NCBI GenBank assembly: GCA_965203445.1
Contig: OZ241883.1
Span: 1,248,001-1,312,000 of the forward strand
Reading direction: 5' to 3'
DNA length: 64,000 nt
DNA from: Candidatus Oxydemutator sp.
GTDB taxonomy: Bacteria; Pseudomonadota; Gammaproteobacteria; Poriferisulfidales; Oxydemutatoraceae
In this document: positions 19,801-34,800 of the stretch, piece after piece
Layout: each line of letters begins with the position of its first letter
Numbering within the stretch: the first letter of the stretch is position 1
Notes under the pieces: generated by a model
Told to the model about the DNA's origin: nothing
Database searches by the model: none
What the model saw: the letters and a program-made list of their open reading frames with translations, nothing else
Position numbers and translations under genes: made by a program

Positions 19801-22800
19801 AGCTACGCAACGGGTGCGGTCAGCGGGAGGGATGCAGGCGACATCGTGTGGTCCAAAACGGGAGAGTTTGTAGGTGGTCTCGTGGGGTACAACTGGCGAG
19901 GTGGAAGGATAGCCTCCAGTTACGCGACGGGCGCGGTCAACGGGACGGATAATTATGTAGGCGGCCTCGCGGGGCACAACAGTGGAGATATAGCCTCCAG
20001 TTACGCGACGGGCGCGGTCAACGGGACGGATAATTATGTAGGCGGCCTCGTGGGGATCAGCTGGGGAGGGATAATCGCCAGTTACGCGACGGGCGCGGTC
20101 GGCGGGAAGGATGAGGTAGGCGGCCTCGTGGGGTACAACTGGCGAGGTGGAAGGATAGCCTCCAGTTACGCGACGGGCGCGGTCAACGGGACAGACTATG
20201 TAGGCGGTCTCGTGGGGTTCAACAGGGGAGAGATAGCCTCCAGTTACGCGACGGGCGCGGTCAGCGGGACAGATTATGTAGGTGGCCTCGTGGGGGACAT
20301 CAGCATCGTGTGGTGGTGGTTGGGAAGAACAGTAACCGCCAGTTATTGGGATACGTTGACCTCCGGCCTTGAAAGGAGCGACGGCGGTACGGGCAAGAAG
20401 ACCTTCGAGTTGCGCTCGCCCACGACGTACACCGGGATATACGCCGCCTGGAACGTGGACGTGGACGGCGACAGGGCCGCCGACGCCCCGTGGGACTTCG
20501 GCACCGAGACCCAATATCCGATATTGCGGCATGGCCACGGCACCGCGTCGGTGGCGTTGCAGCAGTCGGCGCAGCCCGTGATTTCGGCGGACGGCAGTTT
20601 GCGTGGCTTGTCGGTCGACGGTGCCACGCTATCGCCCGATTTCCGTGCGGCGGTGACATCGTATCGCGTGGCGTCCGAGTATGACGTGGTTACGGTCACG
20701 GCGTTGGTGGCGAATGCTGGTGCGCGTGCCGAGATCAGTCCAAAGGACGCGCAAAGCGACGTTGACGGTCACCAGGTGAGACTGGCGGCGGGCACGACCA
20801 GCACGATAACGGTGACGGTTACGGCTGCGGATGGTTCGGCGACGGAGTACGTCGTGGTGGTCAGTCATGAAGGCGCGGTGCCGCCGCTCGAAGACACGGC
20901 ACCAGTGTTCGATGTCGCGGCGACGACGCTGACGTATATGGCCGGTGCATCGGTGGACGAGACGCTGCCGGCGGCGCGTGGCGGCGATGGGGAGTTGCGC
21001 TATAGGCTGACGGACGCTGGGCTGACCAACGCGGGCAGCACACCGACGCTGGTGCTGGCGCTCGCGCCCGGTTTGGAGTTCGACGCGGCATCGCGCCGGC
21101 TGTACGGTAGATTGACGACGGCGTCGTCGTCGGCGCGTTACACGCTGACGGCCACGGACGGCGACGGCAACCTCTCGCCTGCCGACGCCGCCCGGACTTC
21201 CATAGCCATCGTAGTGCTGCCTGACCACGATGCCAACCGCAACGGCCTGATAGAAGTATCGAGTCTGGAACAACTCAACGCGATCCGCTGGGATCTGGAC
21301 GGCGACGGCGTGCCGGCGAGAGCTGGTGCCACGTCGTACACCGCGGCCTTCCCGAACACGGGCGGAGTAGTCTGCCGTACGACGACGATGGTCTCCTGCA
21401 AAGGCTACGAGTTGGTATCGGATCTGGACTTCAACACGGGCGACCCGGGCACGCGCACCGACGATCTTTACTACAACAACGGTGCCGGCTGGGAACCGAT
21501 TGGCGTTTGTGATCGGTCTTCTTTTATTCGTTTTCTTGTTCCTTGTCCGGGGTACGCTGCGACATTCAGCGGCAACGGCCACGTGATCTACAACCTGTTC
21601 ATCCGGCGTCCGGGTGAGGACTATATCGGATTGTTCGGTGTTCTGATGGCAAGCAAGATAGAAGAAGTGGGGCTGCGCGACGTAAGCGTTGTGGGAAATG
21701 CTTACGTTGGTGGCTTGGCAGGGCATCTTCGTGATGCCGTCACCTGGCGTAAGTCGGGCCTTGGAGGAGAGATGATAACCGCCAGTTACGTGACGGGCGC
21801 GGTCCGCGGGACAGGCTGGCATGTAGGCGGCCTCGTGGGGGAAAATGATGGAAAGATAGCCTCCAGTTATGCAGCGGGTTCGGTCAGTGGGGCAGACGGG
21901 TATGTAGGCGGCCTCGTGGGGCTCAACGGATACGGAGGAGAGATAGCCTCCAGTTACGCGACGGGCACGGTCAGCGGGACGGAGAGTGTTGTAGGCGGCC
22001 TCGTGGGGGGCAGTTGGGGAAAGATAGTCGCCAGTTACAGTTACGCGACGGGCGCGACCAGCCGGCGCGAGACAGGCGGCTGGTATGAGCTTATAAGCAT
22101 AGGCGGCCTCGTAGGGAAAAACGGTCATACGGGAAAGATAGTTGCCAGTTATGCGACGGGCGCGGTCAGCGGGGCAGGCCGGTTTATTTATGTAGGCGGC
22201 CTCGCGGGGGTCAACAATGGAGGGATAACCGCCAGTTATTGGGATACGTTGACCTCCGGTCGCGGATCGAGCGCCGGTGGCACGGGCAAGAAGACCTCTG
22301 AACTGCACTCGCCCACGACGTACACCGGGATATACGCCGCTTGGAACGTGGACGTGGACGGCGACGGCGCAACCGACGCCCCGTGGGACTTCGGCACCAG
22401 CACCCAATATCCGACGTTGCGGTATGGCCACGGCGCTGCATCGGTGGCGTTGCAGCGGCCGTCGCAGCCTGTGATTTCGGCGGACAGCGGTTTGCGCGGT
22501 TTGTCGGTCGGCGGCACCACCCTACGGCCCGATTTCCGTGCGGCGGTTACGTTGTATCACGCGGTGTCCGAGTATGACGTGGTGACGGTTACGGCGGTAG
22601 TGGCGGACGCCGGGGCGCGTGCGGAGATCAGTCCGGAGGACGCGCAAAGCGACGTTGGCGGTCACCAGGTGAGACTGGCGACGGGCGCTGTCAGCACGGT
22701 AACGGTAACGGTAACGGCTGCGGACGGTTCGGCGACGGAGTACGTTGTGATGATCAGGCGCGTGGACGTGGCGCCGCTGTTCGACGTCGCGGCGACGACG

Positions 22801-25800
22801 CTGACGTACGTGGCCGGCGCATCGGTGGACGAGACGCTGCCGGCGGCGCGCGGCGGCGACGGCGAGTTGCGCTACGCGCTCACGGATGCTGAACTGACGG
22901 ACGCGGGCAGCACGCGGACGCTGACGCTCCCGCCCGGCCTGGAGTTCGACGCGACGGCACGCCGGCTGCACGGCAGGCTGACGACGGCGTCATCAATGGC
23001 CCGCTACACGCTGACGGCCACGGACGGCGACGGCAACCTCGCGCCCAGCGACGCCGCCCGGATGTCCATAGCAATCGTAGTGTTGCCCGACCACGACGCC
23101 AACCGCAACGGCCTGATAGAAATATCGAACCTGGAACAACTCAACGCAATCCGTTGGGATCTGGACGGCGACGGCGTGCCGACGGAAGCCGGCGCCGCGC
23201 CGTACGCCGCGGCCTTCCCGAGCACGGGCGGAGTAGTCTGCCGTACGACGACGGCGACGGTTTCTTGCAAAGGCTATGAGCTAATGTCGGACCTGGACTT
23301 CAACACGGGCGATGCGAACACGCGCACCGACGACCTGTATTACGACGACGGCGCCGGTTGGGAACCCATCGGCACTTGTGACGGAACGTATGAGTGCCAT
23401 GCGTTCGATCCCGGTTATGCCGCGACGTTCCGCGGCAATGGCCACGTCATCCGCAACCTGCTCATCCGGCGCCCGGATGAGCGCCGTGTCGGACTGTTCG
23501 GTTATCTGGCTGGTGGCAGCAGGATAGAGGAAGTCGGGCTGCGCGGCGTGCACGTCGAGGGCCGCAAATATGTCGGCGGCTTGGCGGGGCAGTCCGGCGT
23601 GCGCTACGCGACCGGGACAGCAGTAGTCTCGATAGGCTCCAGTTACGCGACGGGCGTGGTCAGCGGGACGTCGGTCGTGGGTGGCCTCGCGGGTTGGAAC
23701 CTTGGAGGAGAGATAACCGCCAGTTACGCGGCGGGCATGGTTTACGGCGGGGACATGACAGGTGGTCTCGTGGGGGTTCACGAACGGAAGCTGACCGCCA
23801 GTTCCGCAACGGCCACGGTCGGCGGGAGAGATTGGGCAGGCGGCCTTGTGGGGAGCAACGAGGGAGAGATAACCGCGAGCTACGCGACGGGCGCGGTTGG
23901 CGGAAGGGATAACGTAGGCGGTCTCGTGGGGTACAACTGGGGACGGATAGCCGCCGGTTACGCGACGGGTGCAGTCGGCGGAAGGGATAATGTAGGCGGC
24001 TTTGTGGGGGGCAACCCCTCCTCTGGGGAAATAGTCGCCAGTTACGCGACGGGCGTGGCCGGCGGGCGGGATGAGGTAGGCGGCCTCGTGGGGCACAACT
24101 GGGGACGGGTAGCCGCCAGTTACGCGACGGGCAAGGTCAGCGGGGAGAGATTTGCAGGCGGCTTCGTGGGGCACAACCACACCTGGGGAGCAATAACCGC
24201 CGGTTACTGGGATACGTTGGCCTCCGGCCTTGCATGGAGCGACGCCGGCACGGGCAAGAAGACCTTCGAGTTGCGCTCGCCCACGACGTACACCGGGATA
24301 TACGCCGCCTGGAACGTGGACGTGGACAGCGACGGCGCTGCTGACGCCCCGTGGGATTTCGGTACCAGCACCCAATATCCGACGTTGCGGTATGGCCACG
24401 GCGCCGAGTCGGTGGCGTTGCAGCGGCCGTCGCAGCCCGTGATTTCGGCGGACAGCGGTTTGCGCGGCTTGTCGGTCGGCGGCACCACCCTACGGCCCGA
24501 TTTCCGTGCGGCGATTACGTTGTATCACGCGGCGTCCGAGTATGACGTGGTTACGGTTACGGTGCTGGTGGCGGACGCCGGTGCGCGTGCGCAGATCAAT
24601 CCGGAGGATGCGCAAAGCGACGTTGACGGTCACCAGGTGAGACTGGCGACAGGCACGACCAGCACGGTGACGATAACGGTAACGGCGGCAGACGGTTCGG
24701 CGACGGAGTACGTCGTGATGATCAGGCACGAGGACGAGGCGCCAGTGTTCGACGTCGCGGCGACGACGCTGACGTACGTGGCCGGCGCGTCGGTGGACGA
24801 GACGCTGCCGGCGGCGCGCGGCGGCGACGGGGAGTTGCGCTACACGCTCACGGACGCTGGGCTGACGGACGCGGGCAGCACGCGGACGCTGACGCTCCCG
24901 CCCGGCCTGGAGTTCGACGCGACGGCACGCCGGCTGCACGGCAGGCTGACGACGGCGTCGTCAACGTCGCGCTACACGCTGACGGCAACGGACGGCGACA
25001 GGAACCTGTCGCCGAGCGACGCCGCCCGGACGTCCATAGCAATCATAGTGTTGCCTGACCACGATGCCAACCGCAACGGCCTGATAGAAATATCGAGCCT
25101 GAAACAACTCAACGCGATCCGATGGGACCTCGACGGCGACGGCGTGCCGACGGCAACCGGCGCCACGCCATACGCCGCGGCCTTCCCAAACGCGGGCGGA
25201 GTAGTCTGCCGTGCGACGACGACGAGGACGGTGTCCTGTAAGGGCTACGAGTTGGTATCGGATCTGGACTTCAACACGGGCGATCCAAGTACGCGCACCG
25301 ACGACCTGTATTACAACGCCGACGCCGGCTGGGAACCTGTCGGTGCTTGTGATCGGCCTTATATTGATCCTTTTCTTCCCGATCATGTTCCTTGCCCAGG
25401 ATACGCTGCGACGTTCAGCGGCAATGGCCACGTGATCTACAACCTGTTCATCCGGCGCCCGGGCGAGGACTATGTCGGACTGTTCGGTGTTCTGGGTAGC
25501 GGAAGCAGGATAGAGGGAGTGGGGCTGCGCGACGTGACAGTCAGCAGCGGAAAGGGAGCGGTAGGCAGCCTCGTGGGGGTCAACTATGAGGGAGAGATAG
25601 TCGCCAGTTACGCCACGGGCGCGGTCAGCGGGACGGGGTATGACGTGGGCGGCCTCGTGGGATCGAACGGTTCGACAATAACCGCCAGTTACGCGACGGG
25701 CGCGGTCAGCGGGCCGGATGTTGCGGGCGGCCTCGTGGGGTATAACTGGGAGGGAGAGATAGTCGCCAGTTACGCGACGGGTGCGGTCGGCGGAGAGAAC

Positions 25801-28800
25801 ATTGCAGGTGGTCTCGTGGGGTTCAACTGGGGAGATACGGCTGTCCGTTCCAGTTATTGGGACACGTCTGCCTCCGGCCTCGAGTGGAGCGACGGCGGCA
25901 CGGGTAGGAAGACCTTCGAGTTGCGCTCGCCCACGACGTACACCGGAATTTACGCCGCCTGGAACGTGGACGTGGACGGCGACGACGTCGCCGACGCCCC
26001 ATGGGACTTCGGCACCAGCACCCAATATCCGGTATTGCGGTATGGTCGCGGCGCCGCATCGGTGGCGTTGCAGCAGTCGTCGCAGCCCGTGATTGCGGAG
26101 GACGGCAGTTTGCGAGGCTTGTCGGTCAGCGGCACCACGCTGTCGCCCGATTTCCGTGCGACGGTTACGTCGTATCGCACGGTGTCCAAGTATGAAGACA
26201 TGGTGACGGTCACGGCGCTGGTGGCGGACGCCGGTGCGCGTACCGAGATCAGTCCGGAGGACGCGCAAAGCGACGTGGAAGGTCACCAGGTGAGACTGGC
26301 GATAGCCGCCGTCAGCACGATAACGGTTACGGTAACGGCTGCGGACGGTTCGCCGACGGAGTACGTCGTGATGATCAGGCACGAAAGTGCCGCGCCGCTG
26401 TTCGACGCCGCGGCGACGACGCTGACGTACGTGGCCGGTACAACGGTGGACGAGACGCTGCCGGCGGCGCGCGGAGGCGACGGAGAGTTGCGCTACACGT
26501 TGATGGATGCGTTGGCTGACAGGCTGATCGGCGCGCTGACCAACGTGGGCATCACGCAAACACTGGTGCCGACGCTGACGCTGCCGCCTGGCCTGGAGTT
26601 CGACGCGGCATCGCGCCGGCTGCACGGCAGTCCGACGACGGCGTCGTCCATGGCGCGCTACACGCTGACGGCCACGGACGGCGACGACGACCTCTCGCCC
26701 GCCGACGCCGCCCGGACGTCCATAGCCATCGTAGTGTCGCCCAACCACGACGACAACCGCAACGGCCTGATAGAAATATCGAGTCTGGAACAACTCAACG
26801 CGATTCGTTGGGATCAGGATGGCGACGGCGTGCCGGCGGAAGCCGGTGCCGCGTCATACGCCGCGGCCTTCCCGAGCGCGGGCGGAGTAGTCTGCCGCAC
26901 GACGACGGGGGTAGTTTCCTGCAAAGGCTACGAGTTGGTATCGGATCTGGACTTCAACACGGGCGATCCGAGCACGCGCACCGACGACTTGTACTACAAC
27001 AACGGCGCCGGCTGGGAGCCCATCGTCGGTTATGCCGCGACGTTCCGTGGCAACGGCCACGTCATTGACAACCTGTTCATCCGGCGTCCGGGCGAGGATC
27101 GGATTGGCCTGTTCGGTTTTCTGGCCGATGGCGGCAGGATAGAGAGAGTGGGGTTGCGCGGCGTGAGCGTCGTGGGCAAAGATAGCGTTGGCAGCCTGGT
27201 GGGGGTGCTGACCGGCGTGCGCTACGCGAGCAGAACAGCAATAGCCTCGATAGTCTCCGGTTATGCGACGGGTACGGTCGGCGGGGAGGATAATGTAGGC
27301 GGCCTCGTGGGGAGCAACTGGAGAGGAGGAGAGATAACCGCCAGTTACGCGACAGCCAAGGTCAACGGGACAGGCCAGTATGTAGGCGGCCTTGTGGGGG
27401 GCAACTGGAAGAGAGGAAGGATAGCCGCCAGTTACGCGACGGGCGCGGTCAGCGGGACAAAGTATGTAGGCGGTCTCGTGGGGGTCAGCTACAACGGGGG
27501 AGAGATAGCCGCCAGTTACGCCACGGGTGCGGTCAGCGGGACAAGTCGTGTAGGCGGCCTCGTGGGAGGCAACGGGAGATATGCAGAGATAGTCGCCAGT
27601 TACGCGACGGGCGCGGTCAGCGGGAGGGATCATGTAGGCGGCCTCGCGGGGATCAGCGCGGGAGAGATAGCTGCCAGTTACGCCACGGGTGCGGTCAGCG
27701 GGACGGAGGATGTAGGCGGCCTTGTAGGAGGGAACGGCAACGTGCGGTGGTTGAGCAAAATAGAAACCGCCAGCTACTGGGATACGCTGACCTCCGGCCT
27801 GGAAAGGAGCGACGGCGGCACGGGCAAGAAGACCTTCGAGTTGCGTTCGCCGACGACCTACACCGGGATATACACCGCCTGGAACGTGGACGTGGACGGC
27901 GACGATGTTGCCGACGCCCCATGGGACTTCGGCACCAGCACCCAATATCCGGTATTGCGGTATGGCCACGGCGGCGCGTCGGTTTCGTCGCAGCGCCCGG
28001 CGCAGCCCATGATTTCGGCGGACGGCAGTTTGCGTGGCTTGTCGGTCAGTGGTGCCATGCTTTCTCCAGATTTCCGTGCGGCGGTTACGTCGTATGACGC
28101 AGCGGCCGGCCACGATATGGCTACAGTCACGGCAGTGGTGGCGGACGCCGGTGCGCGTGCCGAGATCAGTCCGGAGGATGCACAAAGCGATATTGACGGC
28201 CACCAGGTGAGACTGGCGACGGGCGCTGCCAGCACGGTTACAGTTACGGTAATGGCGGCGGACGGTTCGGCGACGGAGTACGTCGTGATGATCAGTTATG
28301 AAGATACGGCGCCGGTGTTCGACGTAGCGGCGACGACGCTGACGTACGTGGCCGGCGCATCGGTGGACGAGACGCTGCCGGCGGCACGTGGCGGCAACGG
28401 CGAGTTGCGCTACACGTTGATGGATGGGTTGACTGGCAGGTTGACCAGTGCGCTGACCAACGTGGATGTCACGCAGACACTGGCGCGGACGCTGACACTC
28501 CCGCCCGGCCTGGAGTTCGACGCGACGTCACACCGGCTGCACGGCAGGCTGACGACGGCGTCATCAATGGCCCGCTACACGCTGACGGCCACGGACAGCG
28601 ATGGCAACCTCGCGCCCAGCGACGCCGCCCGGACATCCATAGCCATCGTAGTGTCGCCCGACCACGACGGCAACCGCAACGGCCTGATAGAAGTATCAAG
28701 CCTGGAACAACTCAACGCGATCCGCTGGGATCTCGACGGCAACGGCGTGCCGACGGCAACCGGCGCCGCGTCGTACGCCGCGGCCTTCCCGAGCACGGAT

Positions 28801-31800
28801 GGAGTAGTCTGCCGCACGGCGACGGAAGTGGTTCCCTGCAAAGGCTACGAGTTGGTATCGGATCTGGACTTCAACACGGGCGATCCAAGCACGCGCACCG
28901 ACGACCTGTATTACAACAACGGCGCCGGTTGGGAACCCATCGGCGGTTATGCTGCGACGTTCCGCGGCAACGGCCACGCCATCCGCAACCTGTTCATCCG
29001 GCGTCCGAGCGAGGATCGTATCGGGCTGTTCGGTTCTCTGGCCGGCGACAGCAGGATAGAGAGAGTGGGGCTGCGCGGCGCGAGCGTCGTGGGGAATGAT
29101 GACGTTGGCGCTCTGGCGGGGCAGGCCGGTGCGCAAGACGCGACCGGGACGACGATAATCGCCAGTCACGCGACGGGCGCGGTTCGCGGGGAAGAGAGGA
29201 TAGGCGGCCTTGTGGGGCGGAACTTGGGCAGGATAGCCGCCGGATACGCGATGGCCACGGTCGGCGGAGCATGGGACGTGGGCGGTCTCGCGGGTTGGAA
29301 CTCCGGCGAGATAGTCGCCGGTTACGCGACGGGCACGGCCAGCGGGCGATTGAATACCGGCGGCCTCGTGGGCGCGAACTCGGAGGGAGGAACGATAGCC
29401 GCCAGTTACGCCACGGGCGCGGTCGGCGGACAGTCGAATACGGGCGGCCTCGTGGGCGCGGACTCGAAAGGAGGGCCGATAACCGCCAGCTACTGGGATA
29501 CGATGACCTCCGGTCGTGCATGGAGCGCCGGCGGCGCGGGCAGGAAGACCTTCGAGTTGCGCTCGCCCACGACCTACACCGGCATCTATGCCGCCTGGAA
29601 CGTGGACGTGGACGGCGACGGTGCAGCCGACGCCCCGTGGGACTTCGGCACCAGCACCCAATATCCGGTATTGCGGTATGGCCGCGCTGCCGCGTCGGTG
29701 TCGCGGCAGCGCCCGGCGCAGCCCATGATTTCGGCGGACAGCAGTTTGCGCGGCTTGTCGGTCAGCGGTGCCACGCTTTCTCCCGATTTCCGTGCGGCGG
29801 TGACGTCGTATCGTGCGGTGGCCGACCGCGACGTGGTTACGGTTGCGGCGCTGGTGGCGGACGCCGGTGCGCGTGCCGAGATCAGTCCGAGGGACGCGCA
29901 AAGCGACGTTGACGGCCACCAGGTAAGGCTGGCGACGGACACCACCGACACGGTTACGGTAACGGTAACGGCGGCGGACGGTTCGGCGACGGAATACGTC
30001 GTGATGATCAGGCGCATGGACGTGGCGCCGGTATTCGACGTAGCCGCGACGACGCTGACGTACGTGGCCGGCGCATCGGTGGACGAGACGCTGCCGGCGG
30101 CGCGCGACGGCAACGGCGAGTTGCGCTACACGTTGATGGATGGGTTGACTGGCAGGTTGACCGGTGCGCTGACCAATGTGGGCGTCACGCAGACACTGGC
30201 GCGGACGCTGACACTCCCGCCCGGCCTGGAGTTCAACGCGGCGACACGCCGGCTGCACGGCAGCCTGACAACGGCGTCATCAACGTTGCGCTATACGCTG
30301 ACCGCTGTGGACGGCGACGGCAACCTCGCGCCCAACGACGCCGCCCGGACATCCATAGCAATCATAGTGCTGCCCGACCACGACGGCAACCGCAACGCCC
30401 TGATAGAAATATCGAGCCTGGAGCAACTCAACGCAATCCGGTGGGATCTGGATGGCGACGGCGTGCCGACGGAAGCCGGCGCCGCGTCATACGCCGCGGC
30501 CTTCCCGAGTACGGATGGAGTCGTCTGTCGCACAACGACGAGTGTGGTTCCCTGCAAAGGCTACGAGCTAATATCGGACCTGGACTTCAACACGGGCGAT
30601 CCAAGCACGCGCACCGACGACCTGTACTACAACGACGGCGCCGGCTGGGAACCGATTGGCACTTGTAGCTGGTGGTGTTTTGCATCCGATGGGTATGTCA
30701 CGACGTTCCGTGGCAACAGCCACGTCATTGACAACCTGTTCATCCGGCGTCCAGATGAGGATCGTATTGGACTGTTCGGTGTTCTGGGTAGCGGAAGCAG
30801 GATAGAGGGAGTGGGGCTGCGCGATGCGCGCGTCGAGGGAGATGATTATGTTGGTGGCTTGGCAGGGCTTGCTGTTGGTAGAACACCGATAATCTCCACT
30901 AACTACGTGACGGGCGCGGTCAGTGGGATGGATGATGTAGGTGGCCTCGTGGGGTACAACAATGGAGAGATAACCGCCAGTTACGCGACGGGCGCGGTTC
31001 GCGGGACGAATGCAGTAGGCGGCCTCGTGGGGTTCCACAGGGGAGAGATATTCGCCAGTTACGCGACGGGCGCGGTTCGCGGGAGAGATTCTGTAGGCGG
31101 CCTCGCGGGTCGCAACGAGAGTGTACAGATAGCCGCCAGTTACGCGACGGGCGCGGTTCGCGGGAGATATAATGTAGGCGGCCTCGTGGGGAAGAACGAT
31201 GTAGAGATATTCGCCAGTTACGCGACGGGTGTGGTTAGTGGAACGGGTGATGTAGGCGGCCTCGTGGGGGATAACTGGCGGGGAGAGATAGCCGCCAGTT
31301 ACGCGACGGGCGCGGTTAGTGGAACGGATGATGTAGGCGGCCTCGTGGGGTACAACAATGGAGAGATAACCGCCAGTTACGCGACGGGCGCGGTTCGCGG
31401 GAGATATAATATAGGCGGCTTCGTGGGACGGGGGAGAGGAACAGTAACCGCCAGTTACTGGGATACGCTGACCTCCGGACGAGACAGCAGTGCCGACGGC
31501 ACGGGCAAGAAGACCTTCGAGTTGCGTTCGCCGACGACGTACACCGGGATTTATGCCGCCTGGAACGTGGACGTGGACGGCGACGAGGCCGCCGATGCCC
31601 CGTGGGGCTTCGGCACCGAAACCGAATATCCGATATTGCGGTATGGCCACGGCACCGCGTCGGTGGCGTTGCAGCGCTCGGCGCAGCCGGTGATTTCGGC
31701 GGACAGCAGTTTGCGTGGCTTGTCGGTCGTCGGAACCACCCTGTCGCCCGATTTCCGTGCGGCGGTTACGTCGTACGACGCGGCGTCCGAGTATGACGTG

Positions 31801-34800
31801 GTTACGGTCACGGCGTTGGTGGCGGATGCCGGTGCGCGTGCCGAGATCAGTCCGGATGACGCGCAAAGCGACGTTGACGGCCACCAGGTGAGGCTGGCGG
31901 CGAGTGCCACCGGCACGGTTACGATTACGGTAACGGTAACGGCTGCGGATGGTTCGGCGACGGAGTACGTCTTGGTGGTTGGTCATGAGGACGTGCCGCC
32001 GCCGCTCGAAGACACGGCGCCGACGTTCGAGATCGCGGCGACGACGCTGACGTATACGGCCGGCGCATCGGTGGACGAGACGCTGCCGGCGGCGCGCGGC
32101 GGCGACGGCGAGTTGCGCTACACGTTGACTGATGGGCTGACGGACGCCGGGCCGACCAACGCGGGCAGTACGCCGACACTGACGCTGACGCTGCCGCCCG
32201 GCCTGGAGTTCGACGCGGCGACACGCCGGCTGCACGGCAGGCTGACGACGGCGTCATCAACGTCGCGCTACACGCTGACGGCTGTGGACGGCGACGGCAA
32301 CCTCGCGCCCAGCGACGCCGCCCGGACATCCATAGCCATCGTAGTGCTGCCCGACCACGATGCCAACCGCAACAGCCTGATAGAAATATCGAGCCTGGAG
32401 CAACTCAACGCAATCCGTTGGGATCTGGACGGCAATGGCGTGCCGACGGAAGCCGGCGCCGCGTCGTACGCCGCGGCCTTCCCGAGCACGGATGGAGTCG
32501 TCTGCCGCACGACGACGGGAGTAGTCTCCTGCAAAGGTTACGAGTTGGTATCGGATCTGGACTTCAACACGGGCGATCCAAGCACGCGCACCGACGACCT
32601 TTACTACAACAACGGCGCCGGCTGGGAACCTGTTGGCCAATGCCGCAGAACATTGGGGTGGTATTCGTGTTCTGCATCCGATTCGTATGCCGCAACGTTC
32701 CGTGGCAACGGCCACGTCATTCACAACTTGTTCATCCGGCGTCCGGGTGAGAATTATGTTGGGCTATTCGGTTATCTCAGAGGAGGCAGGATAGAGGGAG
32801 TAGGGCTGCATGACGTGCGCGTCGAAGGACATAGTGATGTCGGTGGTTTGGCAGGGAGGGCTGATGCTTGGTTAAATTTTGGGATTTGGACTAGTATAAC
32901 GATAATCTCCAATAGCCACGTGACGGGCGTGGTCAGCGGGACAGGCCGGAGTGTAGGCGGCCTCGTGGGATTCAATCGGGGAGAGATAACTGCCAGTTAT
33001 GCGACGGGTGTGGTCAGCGGGACAGGCCGGTATGATGCAGGCGGCCTCGTGGGGGACAACAGGGGAGAGATAACTGCCAGTTATGCGACGGGCGTGGTTA
33101 GTGGAACGGATAACGCAGGCGGCCTCGTGGGGCTCAATCGGGGAGAGATAACTGCCAGTTATGCGACGGGCGTGGTTAGTGGAACGGATAACGCAGGCGG
33201 CCTCGTGGGGATCAACGATGGAGAGATAGCTGCCAGTTACGCGACGGGTGCGGTCCGCGGGGTAACTGATGTAGGCGGCCTCGTGGGGTTCAATCAGGGA
33301 GAAATAGTCGCTAGTTATGCGACGGGCGCGGTCAGCAGGACAGTTTGGTATGGGTATGTAGGTGGCCTCGTGGGGTACAACAACTCGAATGGAAAGATAG
33401 CCGCCAGTTACGCGACGGGCGCGGTCCGCGGGAGATGGCGCGAGGGCGGCCTCATAGGGAACAACGGCAGTGCTGTGCGGTCGTGGAGAGGAACAGTAAC
33501 CGCCAGCTACTGGGACAAGCTGACATCCGGACATGCATGGAGCGACGGCGGCACGGGCAAGAAGACCTTCGAGTTGCGTGCGCCCACGACGTACACCGGG
33601 ATTTATGCCGCCTGGAACGTGGACGTGGACGGCGATGAGGCCGCTGATGCCCCGTGGGGCTTTGGCACCGAAACCGAATATCCGATATTGCGGTATGGCC
33701 ACGGCACCGCGTCGGTGGCGTTGCAGCAGTCGTTGCAGCCCGTGATTTCGGCGGACAGCAGTTTGCGTGGCTTGTCGGTCGTCGGAACCACCCTGTCGCC
33801 CGATTTCCGTGCGGCGGTTACGTCGTACGACGCGGCGTCCGAGTATGACGTAGTTACGGTCACGGTGTTGGTGGCGGACGCCGGTGCTCGTGCCGAGATC
33901 AGTCCGGATGACGCGCAAAGCGAGGTTGACGGCCACCAGGTGAGGCTGGCGGCGGGCGCTACCGGCACGGTTACGATTACGGTAACGGTAACGGCTGCGG
34001 ATGGTTCGGCGACGGAGTACGTCGTGGTGGTCGGTCATGAGGACGTGCCACCGCCGCTCGAAGACACGGCGCCGACGTTCGAGATCGCGGCGACGACGCT
34101 GACGTATACGGCCGGCGCATCGGTGGACGAGACGCTGCCGGCGGCGCGTGGCGGCGACGGCGAGTTGCGCTACACGTTGACTGATGGGCTGACGGACGCC
34201 GGGCCGACCAACGCGGGCAGCACGCCGACACTGACGCTGACGCTCCCGCCCGGCCTGGAGTTCGATGCGGCGACGCGTCGGCTGCACGGCAGTCTGACGA
34301 CGGCGTCGTCAACGTCGCGCTATACGCTGACGGCCACGGACGGCGACGGCAACCTCGCGCCCAGCGACGCCGCCCGGTTATCTGTAGCCATCGTAGTGCT
34401 GTCTATGCCCGATCACGACGGCAACCGCAACAGCCTGATAGAAATATCGAGCCTGGAACAACTCAACGCGATCCGTTGGGATCTGGATGGCAACGGAGTA
34501 CCGACGGAAGCCGGCGCCGCATCGTACGCCGCGGCCTTCCCGAGCACGGATGGAGTCGTCTGTCGCGCGACGACGGCGACGGTTCCCTGTAAAGGCTACG
34601 AGCTAATATCGGACCTGGACTTCAACACGGGCGATCCAAGCACGCGCACCGACGACCTGTACTACAACAACGGCGCCGGCTGGGAACCGATTGGCACTTG
34701 TAGCGGATGGTTGTGGTGGCCGCGTTGTTCTAAATCTGATGGGTATGCCGCGATGTTTAGCGGCAACGGCCACGTGATCTATAACCTGCTCATCCAGCGT